A stretch of DNA of 64,000 nucleotides from Trichoplax adhaerens (lineage: Eukaryota; Animalia; Placozoa), in NCBI RefSeq assembly GCF_000150275.1, contig NW_002060944.1, forward strand, positions 7,392,735 through 7,456,734, given 5' to 3'. Below the pieces are notes generated by a model, which worked only from the letters and a program-made list of their open reading frames with translations, ran no database searches and was not told where the DNA came from. A program made the translations under genes and the position numbers. Of this stretch, positions 1 to 14,400 are shown piece by piece. Each line of letters opens with the position of its first letter. Position 1 is the stretch's first letter.

Positions 1-2414
1 CACAGGTATAAAGTATCTATTATAATAATTATTATAAATATGCAATAAAATCATACTATATATATAATATCCGCAATTACATAGTTATGTATTATATTTA
101 TAGTTACTGTAGTAAACATATAGTAAAACTCATGTATACTATAGATAGTATTAAAGACACTATTCAATATGTATAATAACCAGTTAAACTCAGAATAAAT
201 TACGTACTTAAGGTATACGTACTATATTACATACTATAGACATACAAGAATCAAGTAAAGATCAATCGATATTACATACGCTACAATCAACAATAGATAA
301 TTTCGAAGTTTCATCGCCTGTTAATAATATCGAATCTAGTTCTATCGATATCATATCAGATAAAGTTTCAATTTATTCTGATGGATTATTACAAACGATT
401 ACACAAAACGTCATGTATACACCGGAAGCATCGATACAAACAGAGAGCGATATAATAGCAGATATAACAAGTCAAGACGAAAATTTAAAAGAAACACGAA
501 GTACAATACTATTATCTGACGTCGATATAGAACTAAGTAGTACAATTGGAAACGAAGAAGAAGATAAAGAATCGACTAATATCGACAACATTATATCTGC
601 AACAGGTAATAAAGTATCTATTATAATAATTATTATAAATACGCAATAAAATCATACTATATATATAATATCCGCAATTACATAGTTATCTATTATATTT
701 ATAGTTACTGTAGTAGACATATAGTAAAACTCATGTATACTATAGATAGTATTAAAGACACTATTCAATATGTATAATAACCAGTTAAACTCAGAATAAA
801 TTACGTACTTAAGGTATACGTACTATATTACATACTATAGACATACAAGAATCAAGTAAAGATCAATCGATATTACATACTCTACAATCAACAATAGATA
901 ATTTCGAAGTTTCATCGCCTGTTAATAATATCGAATCTAGTTCTATCGATATCATATCAGATAAAGTTTCAATTTATTCTGATGGATTATTACAAACGAT
1001 TACACAAAACGTCATGTATACACCGGAAGCATCGATACAAACAGAGAGCGATATAATAGCAGATATAACAAGTCAAGACGAAAATTTAAAAGAAACACGA
1101 AGTACAATACTAATATCTGACGTCGATATAGAACTAAGTAGTACCATTGGAAACGAAGAGGAAGAAAAAGAATCGACTAATATCGACAACATTATATCTG
1201 CAACAGGTAATAAAGTATCTACTATAATAATAAACACATAATAAGATCATACTACTGTATATAAAGTACTCGTAATCACATAACTATTATACTTATAATT
1301 ATTTTAGTAGACATATAGTAAAATTTGTACATAGTGTATATATAGTATTAAAGACATTATTCAATATTCGTAATAACTAATTAAACTCAAAATAGATTAC
1401 ATACTTAAGATATATGCACTATATTACATACTATAGATATACAAGAATCAAGTAAAGATCAATCGATATTATATACTCTACAATCAACAATAGATAATTT
1501 CGAAGTTTCATCGCCTGTTAATAATATCGAATCTAATTCTATCGATATTATATCAGATAAAATTTCAATTTATTCTGATGGATTATCACAAACGAATACA
1601 CAAAACATCATGTATACACCGGAAGCATCGATACAAACAGAGAGCGATATAATAGCAGATATAACAAGTCAAGACGAACACTTACAAGAAACGCAAAGTA
1701 CTACACTAATATCTGATGTCAGTATAGAATTAAGCAATACTATTCAAAGCGAAGAAGAAAAATCGACTAATATCGATAACAGCATATTGACAACTGGTAA
1801 TTTACCCATCAACTGCAGTTCACTTAATACACCGTTTGTCAGATATATTACGCTATATAGTCAATCACTCGATTATCAACCATGTTATAGAAGAATACTG
1901 TATAATACCATCTACATGTAGAATTAAGCTATTCTTTGTATATATATATATATATATATATACTAATAAGTTAAACGCAAAATAGATTAAGAATTTTAGA
2001 AATTTTATAATTAATACGTATATGTTATTAAATATTGTGTAGATATACAAGAATCAAGTGAAGATCAACCGATATTACATACTCTACAATCAACAATAGA
2101 TAATTTCAAAATTTCATCATCTGTTGATAATATCGAATCTAATTCTATCGATATCATATCAGATAAAGTTTCAATTTATTCTGATGGATTATTACAAACG
2201 ATTACACAAAACATCATGTATACACCGGAAGCATCGATACAAACAGGGAGCGATATAATAGCAGATATAACAAGTCAAGACGAAAATTTACAAGAAACAC
2301 GAAGCACTACGCTAATATCTGACGTCGATATAGAACTAAGTAGTACAATTGGAAACGAAGAAGAAGAAAAAGAATCGACTAACATCGACAACATTATATC
2401 TCCAACAGGTAATT
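1..2414 (+). repeat. ~600-bp tandem exon+intron repeat (4 full exon copies plus the end of a fifth at 1-5)
   Basis: Exon starts at 240, 841, 1437, 2043. Each is a 360-366 nt phase 1-1 exon ([26 protein letters not shown]...[11 protein letters not shown]). Introns 6-239 and 606-840 are almost identical. Confidence 0.97.
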
Positions 2415-5400
2415 AAGTATCACCTACGTTAATCAAATAAATAAAAATCATTTTGTTGTTTAATCACAAATGTAAGCTATGTTATAGCGGATATAGTAGC
2501 TAACTAAGTTCAGATTAAAAATATATATCAATAACTATCGTTTGAGATTGATCTCTTATTGTACTTTTCTAACTCAATAGGTGGTAACGAAATCGTAGTA
2601 ACAAAAAGTATCGGATTTATGTACCATAGTTCTGATCAATCGGCCGTAACTGATGAATTTTCTTCAGTCGAAATATTTAACAATGCACTTAGTATCTCTG
2701 TAAACCATTCTAATTTTCAAACGATACAAGAAAACTCTGATTTTGAACTAAGCAATATAATATCGACAAATGGCTATGCATCTCTTCCACCTATTGAACT
2801 TTCAACTCGTACGTAATTTTGTTTTTTGTCTTACTGTAAGCCAATTGCTTTAGTCCAGAGGATAAAATTTTTAGCCGTTACTATACTTTTTTTCAAAATT
2901 GACACTTTGTTCTACTAAAATTTTAATTTAAATAGAAGAATATGCAAGTCGTAGCAATCATGAAACTTACTTACTACAAGCTTCATCTGACAGTATTAAT
3001 GGCTTTACGATGTTCAATAGCTTATCTTCCCTGGTAGATAGTGTGTCATCGAATGGGAATTTCGAGCAGATAGCCTCTGTACCAGAGAGTGGTATATCTT
3101 CGATGGAATCTGTAAACGACGCTGTTACATTCACTAATGCTGTCGGACCCTTTCAATCTATCTTTAATTCTCGTAATGATATTTCTCTATCGCAATGGAA
3201 TAATATTGCGGGGGCCTCATACGCAGTAACTACTTCCGATCCACTCATCGCTTTTGTGGGATCAGTAAGTTCAGATCATTATTCACATACAATAAATCAC
3301 GAGACGCAGTCTATTCTGATTATGGCATCGACTGGTAAGTAGTTAGAATTAAAAGAGAGTAATCTGCTATTCTGCACTACATCAGATAACATTTCGAGAT
3401 GTAATAAATCGATTGCAAAATTATATAGAAACCAGTATAGTGCTACGAAGTCCTACTTCGTTATCGTTTCATCTATAGAATGGTAAATTTTGTTTTAATC
3501 TGGATGAGCTAATTTCATGCAACTGTTATTTCTAGATTCCTCATCTGAAAGTAATAGTAGCGCACCAGATGACATCTATTCTGAAATTCGAGGTATTTAG
3601 CCCATGTGTGAAAGTTTCTGATACGCTTGCTGGATAAAGTGTGCCTTTACTTATAAAATGTTTTATTGCTACATCGCAATATTTTTATAAGGTTCCATTT
3701 CAAGCTCTGCTGTAGATACCTTAACTATCAGCATGAACAACTATTCAATGCTATCAAGCTCTACGTATCCGTTCCCGTTAGATCCCCATGAAACGCAATC
3801 AAGTACTCATACACATTATGGCGAAAGCTATCGCGAATCTCCAGCCTCAATATTATTGGATCATAAATCTAACGTTACATCTTTCGTTCAAAGTTCTAAT
3901 TTAGCACAGATAGTAAACGTAACAGGTTCTGACGGGCTGGATAATGTTGAAACCTCTTCTTCAATTGTGGCTTTTTCTCCAACTTTCTTTAGTAGCTTTT
4001 ATAGTGGTGATGGTAATATCTATGATCAAAGTTCTACCAATTCAATGATTGACGATAATATTGCCCCAGAGCCTTCTTCCGTCCTAGAGAGTAAGATGTT
4101 ATGGCGTCATACTTTACATACAACGATTTGAAACTTAATTAATAACCTTAGTTATCCTGCATTATTCCTTAGACACTGAAACAATTTCGAAACAACAGAC
4201 AATCGAAGATTGTTCTACGAATATGAACTTATGTGATACAAATGCGATATGTACTAACACTCTTGGGTCATTTATATGCTCTTGTGTTACAGGATTCACA
4301 GGCAATGGAACATTTTGTGAAGGTAAGGAATTTCAATCTTTATATTTACACTTTCTCTAATACCAATATCTGGAATAAGAATATTTCTTAGAAGCACAGT
4401 ATTATTTTTATGATAAATAAATTATGTAAAGAAAGGATTCTTCATTAACTAACATTAATTTTCTGAAATTGACTTCTTGTAAAAGCTGACAGTAGCGTAT
4501 AAAATTGTCGCAGTTTTACTATATAAATACCGTACTAATTATAAATCGTAACATTTTGTTATGGCCAATGTACCATTAACCTGCAAAATCGCAGATATAA
4601 ACGAATGCACTGGAAACGGTAGTCTTTGTGATTTAAATGCAAATTGTGTGAACTTTAATGGTTCATATAATTGTTCCTGCAAAACTGGTTATCAAGGAAA
4701 CGGAGTAGACTGCTTTGGTATGATCTGCATTTAATTAATCAATAAATTGTGTGCTATATAGCGATAAAAGTAAGGACAAGACTGATATGAAAATATATTT
4801 AACCTATATCAATAAGACATTAATGAATGTCAAGAAAGTCAAGATAATTGTCATCCAGATGCCCATTGCAACAATACGGATGGTTCGTTTGTCTGTTCGT
4901 GTAAAGTTGGCTTTTTTGGCAATGGAACTAACTGCTTAGGTGCGCATAACTTAGTTACCATAATACTATTGCGTATAGGCGGTTTCAAGGCCGACGCAAC
5001 CAAATATGTTTTAATCACTTTCCTCTCAACCCTTACCGTGCAGATATAGATGAATGCTCTTTCAAGCAGGATCAATGTCATTCGCAAGCTATTTGCACTA
5101 ATACGAAAGGATCTTATTCATGTCTCTGTAAAATGGGATATACTGGTAACGGTTTTGTGTGCGAAGGTACAATTTCAGTGAATAGTAGAAATTATTACAA
5201 AAACCTAAATTATCTCTGCCAAGATTGCACTGCGCTACAATAAAAGCGTTAATATCGGCTTGTGAGTTTTCTAAATATAGCCCTTATTTCGAAACAGATA
5301 TTAACGAATGTCGCGAGGGTAGTCATGCATGCGATCGAAATGCTGTCTGTATCAATACCAACGGCTCATATTTTTGCTCATGCAAGGATGGCTATACTGG

Positions 5401-8400
5401 CAATGGAACTGCATGCTACGGTTTGCCTGATATTTTATAGCTAATTAAATATGAGTAATTCATTATGTTATTGAAAATATAGACAAACCACAATAGTGTT
5501 GAATCAATTCTTATTTGATTCTAAATTGCATTTAGGTAGCTTATGTGCACGTTTGCACAATTTTACTAAAACTACATTAAAAATTTATGCTTATCCTATT
5601 TAGATATCGATGAGTGTTCACTTGGTTTGCACGATTGTAACATTTACTCCATATGCATTGATACTGTTGGCTCCTATGAATGTTCCTGCAAACATGGGTT
5701 CGTTGGTAATGGCAGTTACTGTCAAGGTATTATACAATTTTATTAAAATTTAAAGTTTATATTTCTAATAAGAATTGTACGCTTAATAAATATAGATATT
5801 GATGAATGCTTGGAAAATAAGCATAACTGCGATGCAAATGCAGCATGCCATAATACCATTGGTTCTTATACCTGTTCTTGTAATACAGGATTTACGGGCA
5901 ACGGCACATTCTGCAACGGTTTGTATTGCTTATCTAATAGTTACAAGTACATCAGTCTGTTTTGATAGATTTTTTTGGGTAATTTATTATGATATCTAGA
6001 TATAAACGAATGTACGGAAACAAAAAATGATTGCTCTAGCAATGCTGCTTGTAATAATACCATTGGTTCCTATTTTTGTGCTTGTAAAGTTGGATTCATT
6101 GGCGATGGCGTTACATGCCAAGGTGACGAGAAGAGCTTTCTAACTCGTTGCTATATACAACCATTAGTAAATCAAGCTAATTTTACTAATATTACTAGGA
6201 TTGTTGTCTATATTTGTTGCTTAGATTTGAATGAATGTGCAGCTATGGAACTCTACTGCCATAATAATAGCGTATGCTATAATACCTTTGGTTCGTATCA
6301 CTGCACCTGTAAAACTGGATTTACAGGAAATGGTAAAGTTTGCGAAGGTACTATACTTTTAATAGCTTTTCTGAAATCTTAATACTATGTTGAGTTCTAT
6401 AGCAATTATTACGCCTTAAAACTGACTAAATTGAAATTGAATTTAAATTAGATTTAAATGAATGTTCACAAAACCAGCACAACTGCGGTATTAATAGCAT
6501 TTGTAATAACACCATTGGTTCATACTCGTGTACTTGCAAACCTGGCTTTAGTGGTGATGGTAAAATATGTTTAGGTAATACCGATAATATATTTAGATAT
6601 TCTTTTTTTCGCATTGCCACAATCGCCTATATAGCTGAGAATTATTTGTAATAATAAACATAATCTTGAGTAACTAGAATAATTTATATGATCTTCATAG
6701 ATAATTTATCTATGCCTTTAACTCAATATTTTTTTAGATGTTAATGAATGTCTGAATAATCTGAATAACTGCCACAGTGATGGAATCTGCAGTAATACGA
6801 TCGGTTCATATATTTGTACATGTAAATCAGGGTTTACAGGCAATGGATTTCAATGTCAAGGTCATAATTCGTTATTATTCTAGCTAGAATTTGCTTCGTG
6901 TACTATTTTTATATCTAAGACTCTGATTTTAAACAGATATCAATGAGTGTACAGCTAGCAACTTTGTATGCCATAGTAAAGCATTTTGTTCTAATACGAT
7001 TGGTTCTTATAAGTGTACCTGTAAGACCGGCTTTACTGGTAGCGGAAAATACTGTACCGGTTCGTTATATGATAATATTAGGATGTTGTGATTAAATCAT
7101 TATATCAACAAAGGCTTCACGTTAACAATTAATGTTTTTATTAGATATAAATGAATGCCGTATTTCAAATAAGTGTAGTAAATTAGCTAACTGCTACAAC
7201 ACATATGGTTCGTATGACTGCGTTTGTAAGTACGGGCTGCAAGGCGATGGGCATTGGTGTGGCCAGACAGGTACTTATTATTCAGCTTGTTTCAAGTAAT
7301 CATATATTAAATTAAATAATCAATTGGCATAATGTTACCCATTTTCAAATGGGTTAAATAGGCACTCGCTTATATCCTTATGGTACGCAATTTGGACATA
7401 ATTGGTTTGGTAGAACTGATCAGGGTTACGCATACCTTTACATACCCGAAGGCATATACTTCGTGCGATCATTGTATAGACGATTATATGTATGTAAAAT
7501 TTTGCATTTTTCGCCACACATGCGATCTGACCTAATTTAAAGAATAGCCCACAAAAAGGAAGTGTAAACTATGCCTATTGTAATTAATCAGTTAAAATTA
7601 TTACAGATATCAATTGACGGATATGTTTCACTGAAGTGGCCTTATGTGGGATATTGGCCAAAGCCCTTTCCCGAACCTCTTCGCCGTTCGATTATAGCTC
7701 CTTACTATGCTGACTGTGACGTTCGATACCAGAGTACCTCAAAAGTTTATTATAAACAATACTATAGTCATCAAAACGATCCGTTAGCACAAGAAATAAT
7801 AAAGAATGCAACCAATGATGTTAATCGCTTTCAACATCGAATGAGATTTGATAATCAAAAAGCAAAGTATGGACGATTTCGACAAGTTGTCGCAAATTTT
7901 GAGGCTGCTCATGTGATCATAATCACTTGGCACAAAATGACTCCATACCCTGCTTGGTACTACTGGTACTACCCGTATTATCGCCAAGTTAGTAATTTGA
8001 ACTTGCAATAAATTTTTTATTGTGGAAATGTTTATTTTACTTTAATTAATGATGCTAAATTAGAAACTAATTTAGCTGCTTTTATTTACCCTATTTAATC
8101 TTATCATCAATTAACACAAAATGCTCATAAATTGTGTCAACTATTAAAATTTAAAATTTTCCCTAGTAAAATCTTTATCACGTTTTACTTTCGTCCCTAC
8201 CGAAAATCGATCTGTTTTAAATTGATCGTGTAATTGTTAGTAAAATTAGTTCATCTTTCATGGCTGCAAAGAAATATATTTTAGGAATATTTTACAGTTA
8301 GCGTATATTGCAGCTGCGAACATTTAATTTCTCGAATCAAATTTTGTCGATTGTAGTATAACACCTTCCAACTCGTCTTAGTGTCAAACGGAGAAAATCT

Positions 8401-11400
8401 GTTTGCTCTTTATAATTACGAAGAAAATGGCATAAATTGGTGGAAAAGATTTTGGTGGATAAGGCCACGTGTCGGTTATTCCTACGGCGTAAAGCCTTAT
8501 TTTTATGAAATACCGATATCGCGGCGAAGGCACCAAAGAGTCAGTATGATTGATCGTTATCGTGGTAACACTGGTGAACTCGGTAAATGGGCATTCCGTC
8601 TTGATGATCCCAATAGCCGACATGTAAATCATGCTTATCAATGCTATCGATGGTATTATGGTCAGAGCTATTCCTATTGGTACCAAATATTTTTACAGCC
8701 TTGTCCTTGTAGAAGCTGGCAAGCTATTTGGGATCCAAGATTTAGATTCGATTGGAGAACTCAATGTGCTACATCTAGGATCTCAGTTCCTGGTTGGGGA
8801 TGGTGGTGGTATTGGTGGTATTGGATCTATACGGGACGTTGGACTTCGCCATCTCCGGTATGACGTTGCAGTATTACCATAAATATAGAAGTAGAGTAGT
8901 AAACTGCAGTAATTTTAAAGTTTTCATAGAGGAAACTATCTGTTGCAAGAGATTCAATAAACTTTTATTATGGATGTAATTTATGATTGAAGGTTGGATT
9001 ACTCTCGTTAAGATTAATATTAGAATTCTACTTCTGTTACTATACCTGAATAAATTACAGGATAATTGAGGTCAAATTTATACTGTAAAAATTATAATGT
9101 ATCCTTCGAACGATAGGTACGGCAGCGATGTTGCTATTCAACACAAAAATATTCTTGGGGAGCCTTATTGCGCAATTATCCTGACGGTAGCTCTTTTAGA
9201 TACAATTCTTGGTATTTAAGGCGACTTGATGAGAAAGCATACGACTCATGCTGTCGTCAAACTGACCTGTGCCACTTATATATAACAAGACGACCAATCA
9301 ATTCTTGTGCAGGCTACTGGCCTCCCTGGTGGTGTAAGTCGCTTAAATCAGCTTTTAACATGTTTTAGATACAATAGTCTTTATCAGTTGAGCTTAATTC
9401 TCTTCTCAACTGTACACAGATAGTAAGAATGTTTTGATTCTGTAGCATTTATACGTCAACCTCTGTTATTATATTTAGCTTGGTTCTGGGGTGATCCGCA
9501 TGTTCAAACTCTCGATGGCAAAAGGTATACATTTAATGGGCTTGGAGAATATACGTTGGTAGATGCTAGCAATAAATACTTTGTCCTTCAAGGGCGTACT
9601 ATGAGATCTGTGGTAGCTAATAGCACTGAAAGAGCCAAAGCAACCGTATTTTCTGCTTTTGCGGCGACACAAAATGATTCCGATATTGTTCAATTGACTC
9701 TTAACGACACTTCGGATACTGTTTCATTGTTAATTAATAGAACTATTTCTATTAATGATGATAATCTTACCAATGTCACATTATCCTATAATAACGTCGA
9801 TATATCAAAATCGAACGGATCTTACCTTGTTGTCTTCTCATCTGGGATATCGTTGGAAATTAGTCACTTAACTAAAATGCTGACAATAGCTTTTGCAGCT
9901 CCTCAGTCTTTCCGTGAGACCACTAAAGGACTGCTTGGTACATGGAACGGTAATGTTTCAGATGACTTCCTACGACCTGATGGGACATATCTTGATGTAA
10001 ATGCCACCGAAGAAGATATATATTACAGTTTTGGTGAAGAATGTATGTTATATAGCTGCAATACTAATGTTGTTTTTTGTAATATTTGATATTATGACTT
10101 TTTCCTATATTCTATTTACTATATATATCTATAGGGAGAATAACTGATGAAGAATCACTATTTACATATCCAACTGGCATTAGTACAGACAATTTTACGG
10201 ATCCGAATTATGTGCCTAATTTCTCTAAGGATCCAGAAGTTCTATTCAAAAATGATACTGAATTAAAAGAAAAAGCTCTAAAAATTTGTGGTAGTGACAG
10301 GACATGTTTATATGATGTCGCTGAAACTGCCAACTTGCAGTTAGCTGCTCGGAGCAAAGATATAGATCAACAATACGAAAGGGTACAGAAAGACATTGGT
10401 AATGCGGACTTTTCATAATATCGAATAATCTTTTAATAACTCTGATAGCTATTCGGTTTTACGTTAGATTATTTTTGTCTACTTTTATATGATTTTGTTT
10501 CTTTTTATGCGCTCAGAAAATTTTCCACCGAATATAACCGGTCAAAAGATCTATAATGTAACTTATGGCCAGCAATTTACTACGAAGTTAAACATCACTG
10601 ATCAAAACGTCAACGACAACTTAACAATACAAATCAGTAATTTACCCTCTGATGCTTCGTTTAACAGAGACACTTCCAGATTTACATGGAATGTTACTAC
10701 CTATAGTAATATCTCTTTCGAATTTATTGCTACTGATTCAAAGAACTTAACAACTGTTTTTAAACCGACGATTGTTATGTGCTATTGTGCTAATGGTGGT
10801 ACCTGCCAATACGAGTTAGTTAATATTTTAATTTTGTAACATGTCGAAAGATAGAGTTGAAGATAGTAAATACTAGTATTTCATGTTTCAGTAATCAATT
10901 TGCTTTTATTCAGGCACCGCTATATTTCTCATTTTAAACGGTGTTGGATAGCTGTATGCTATATAGTAGAGAAAAATTTCATATCATGATTGTGAAATCA
11001 TTGCAATAGATGACAATTGAATTCTTGATAACTAGGCTCTAAAAAGAATTCATAGTTATTCTTGCGCAACATAAAATTAAAGATTGTGTGCTTGAAAATA
11101 TTTCATTACTAATTTGTCTATTAAACAGTTGGGAAACTAGTGATGTATCGAACAGCTACAGGCGAAATTGAAAACATTTAATATGTACTCTTGAAATTAT
11201 TTGGTAGGTTTGAGATTACGACTGTTAATGGCGAAGAATATGCTGGGTGTCGGTGTACTACTGCTTGGACTGGACGTTTTTGTAACGAAGATTTTGATGA
11301 ATGTGCTGGAAACCCTTGTTACGAAGGCGTCAATTGCACCGGAAAGATTGCCCCAGAGAGTGGATACAGCTGTGGATCATGTCCTAACGGCCTGGAAGGA

Positions 11401-14400
11401 GATGGCGAGAAATGCTATGGTAATAACGATTTACGGAAATTGTTAGCAGTTTACGTTGTAATTAGATAGAGTAAAACGATGCGTTTATTACGAAGCTACA
11501 CGCAAACATTTAGTAAGGCAGTTATAGTAAATGTTTCATGTTTAGGTATTAAAGTATCATCGATATCATCCATTTAATACTGTATATATATGATAACTAG
11601 GATTTTGGTATGCATTTTTATCAAGTCTATTCTTACACATAACTTTTACCCTTATTTAGATGTTGATGAATGCCTTATGGGAGTACACAGTTGTAATCAA
11701 ACCTGCATTAATTCGATTGGTAGCTATACATGTCAGTGCAATATCGGCTTCAAAATAGCTACAAATCAACGTGACTGCGAGGGTAAGAGTTAGCAAATTT
11801 ATTTTAAATACCGCCAAATACATTTTAATTTACCTGTAAAACTCCATTCAGCAATAACAAAGTTGTTGTTATATTTATGCGCATTATAATTTAAATGCAA
11901 TGATCAGATATTGATGAATGCGTACAATCTGAACCTTGCCATCAAATTTGTAACAACGAATATGGACATTATCGCTGTGCTTGCAATCCTGGATTTGAAT
12001 TAGATGATAATAATTCAACCTGCTTACGTGAGTATTATGAAGAATACGCACACGTATAATTAATATAGAATTCATTAATTTTGTATCTAATAAAATGCAC
12101 AATCATTATTAATCATTTTTCGATATACAATAGCTTACTGACGTATTAGGCCGTAAAATTATGATTATACAAATTCACTCATAGTACGCCATAATGTTTA
12201 ATCTTAGCGTAAAGAAATAATTTTTTGGTCATGTTTAAATTTATTTTACGATTTGTTATTATCACAGACCTTGTATCCATACTCATAGCGCAAATTAAGT
12301 TCGTTGATTATTTAATTGATTCGTTTGAAAATGAATTTAATAGCGCTTATTATTATCGAGGCTTCTTTTAAAATTGTTCATATGTTTTAGCCCTGATTTC
12401 ATGCGACCCGGGTTTAAGCAACTGCACTCAAATTTGTGCGGTGATCAATGATTCAGCAATCTGTAGCTGCAATAAAGGATATCATCTAGCTGAGGATAAT
12501 ACTACATGTGATGGTAACTATTGCTTGGTTTTTCGTTTAGATAAATGACCTAGTACCTACAGTATTTCCACTTTATATTATTACCTTGAGGATAATTATT
12601 TTACGAGTAATACTGACATATTGCAATTTAACTATCAAGACCACAACGAATGTGCTAATCCTTCGATATGTGCCCACTTGTGTACTAATACTATTGGAAG
12701 TTACTTATGTAGCTGTAAAAATGGCTACCAGCTTAGCAGTGATGGTAGAAATTGTCAAGGTAGGACTGAAAATCATTGTATTATATAATGAAATACTCTT
12801 TCGTAACCTTAAATTCGCTGTACTTTTCTGCTTACTAAAATAGCAAAAATTTTTCACATTTAATAACAATTTGACCCCACTACATAGTTGTAATTTAATT
12901 ATAAGGTATAATATATATGATATGTAACAATCCTTTTCGCTCGATACTTAGCCATCGTAACGAACTAACTGCATAGAATTACGTATGCTGTCTTGCATAC
13001 TTTAAATACTTGAAAGCATCGCCTAAGCCAATGATACTCGATAGTAGGGGTTTCACAACTAGTATTTGAGAAAACATTTTTACTGAAATTTAAATGCTTT
13101 CGTTTTTCATATAGATATAGATGAATGTGAGACGGAGAATTCAACTTTATGTCACGAAAATTCTCTTTGCACGAACCTACCTGGATCATACTTTTGTGAA
13201 TGTGATGAAGGCTTTAAGCTATCAGGAAAACTTTGCGAAGGTATACACTGGCAGCCTCAATTCCTTTTTTATGTAATTTAAAATCGACATGATGCGTTAA
13301 TTAATGAAGCAATCTAATCCAATCAGTCCCAGCCTGTATTTCTAACACTGTGTCTATGATTTCGCTGCGATAGATATCGATGAATGCTCTACTTCAAATT
13401 TAAATGAATGTGACCGTAATGCTAATTGTATTAACATGGAAGGAACCTACAACTGTATCTGTAAAGAAGGATTTAATGGAAATGGAATTGAGTGTATGGG
13501 TAAGTTTAAGAGTATTGTGGTGATTTCTCTGAGATCAAAAACACAAAGGAGTACCTTAAACAATCTTAAAGTTTAATAGCATATTATCCAATATTGGCGA
13601 AGAATATTATATTTTTTTGTATTTTTATAACTGCATACAAAACGAATTAACGTAATAAAAAGATCAGTGGCAATATTGTCTCTGACAGTCAAATTTTTCG
13701 GAGTATATATAGCATATATATAGCATATAATGTTTGATTTTACTAATAGATATAAACGAATGTGGAAATGCAAATAATTGTTCGAAGGATGCTGTATGTT
13801 CTAATCTTCCTGGGAGCTACAACTGTAGTTGTAAGGCAGGATTTACTGGCAATGGATTAGTTTGTCAAGGTCAAGAGCGCTGCTATAACAATTATGATTC
13901 TAGATATCTTTTCCTTCTATGTTAGAATTTTCTATTGACTAAAGTATCAAACACTCATAGTTATGATTTTACGATGATTCATTATTTGGAGATACTATAA
14001 AAGGTCTATCATATCACATTGCTCATCAGTTTACTAGTATAATTACTACAGTTCAAAAATCTACTACAATCGAAAAATTGTTAAAATTAATTGGATTTCA
14101 TTGGCTAATTTAGCTTAATTACATGCCGTTATTATTACTAAGCAGATAATGTTCATAATGTAAACTTTAATAGCAAACCTTATTACTTTAAAATTATATT
14201 ACTTATTGCTAAATCCTATGTTTCCGTCATCTGTACAACTAGCAATCGTTTTTGCAAGTCAGAACTCTAAAGTTGAGATAAGTTTGTTTAAACTACGCTA
14301 TCGTTTGATTACAGATGTCGATGAATGCCAAAATGCATTTAGTTGCAATACAGAAAGCATTTGCCATAATACAATTGGAGGGTATTATTGTTCATGTAAA

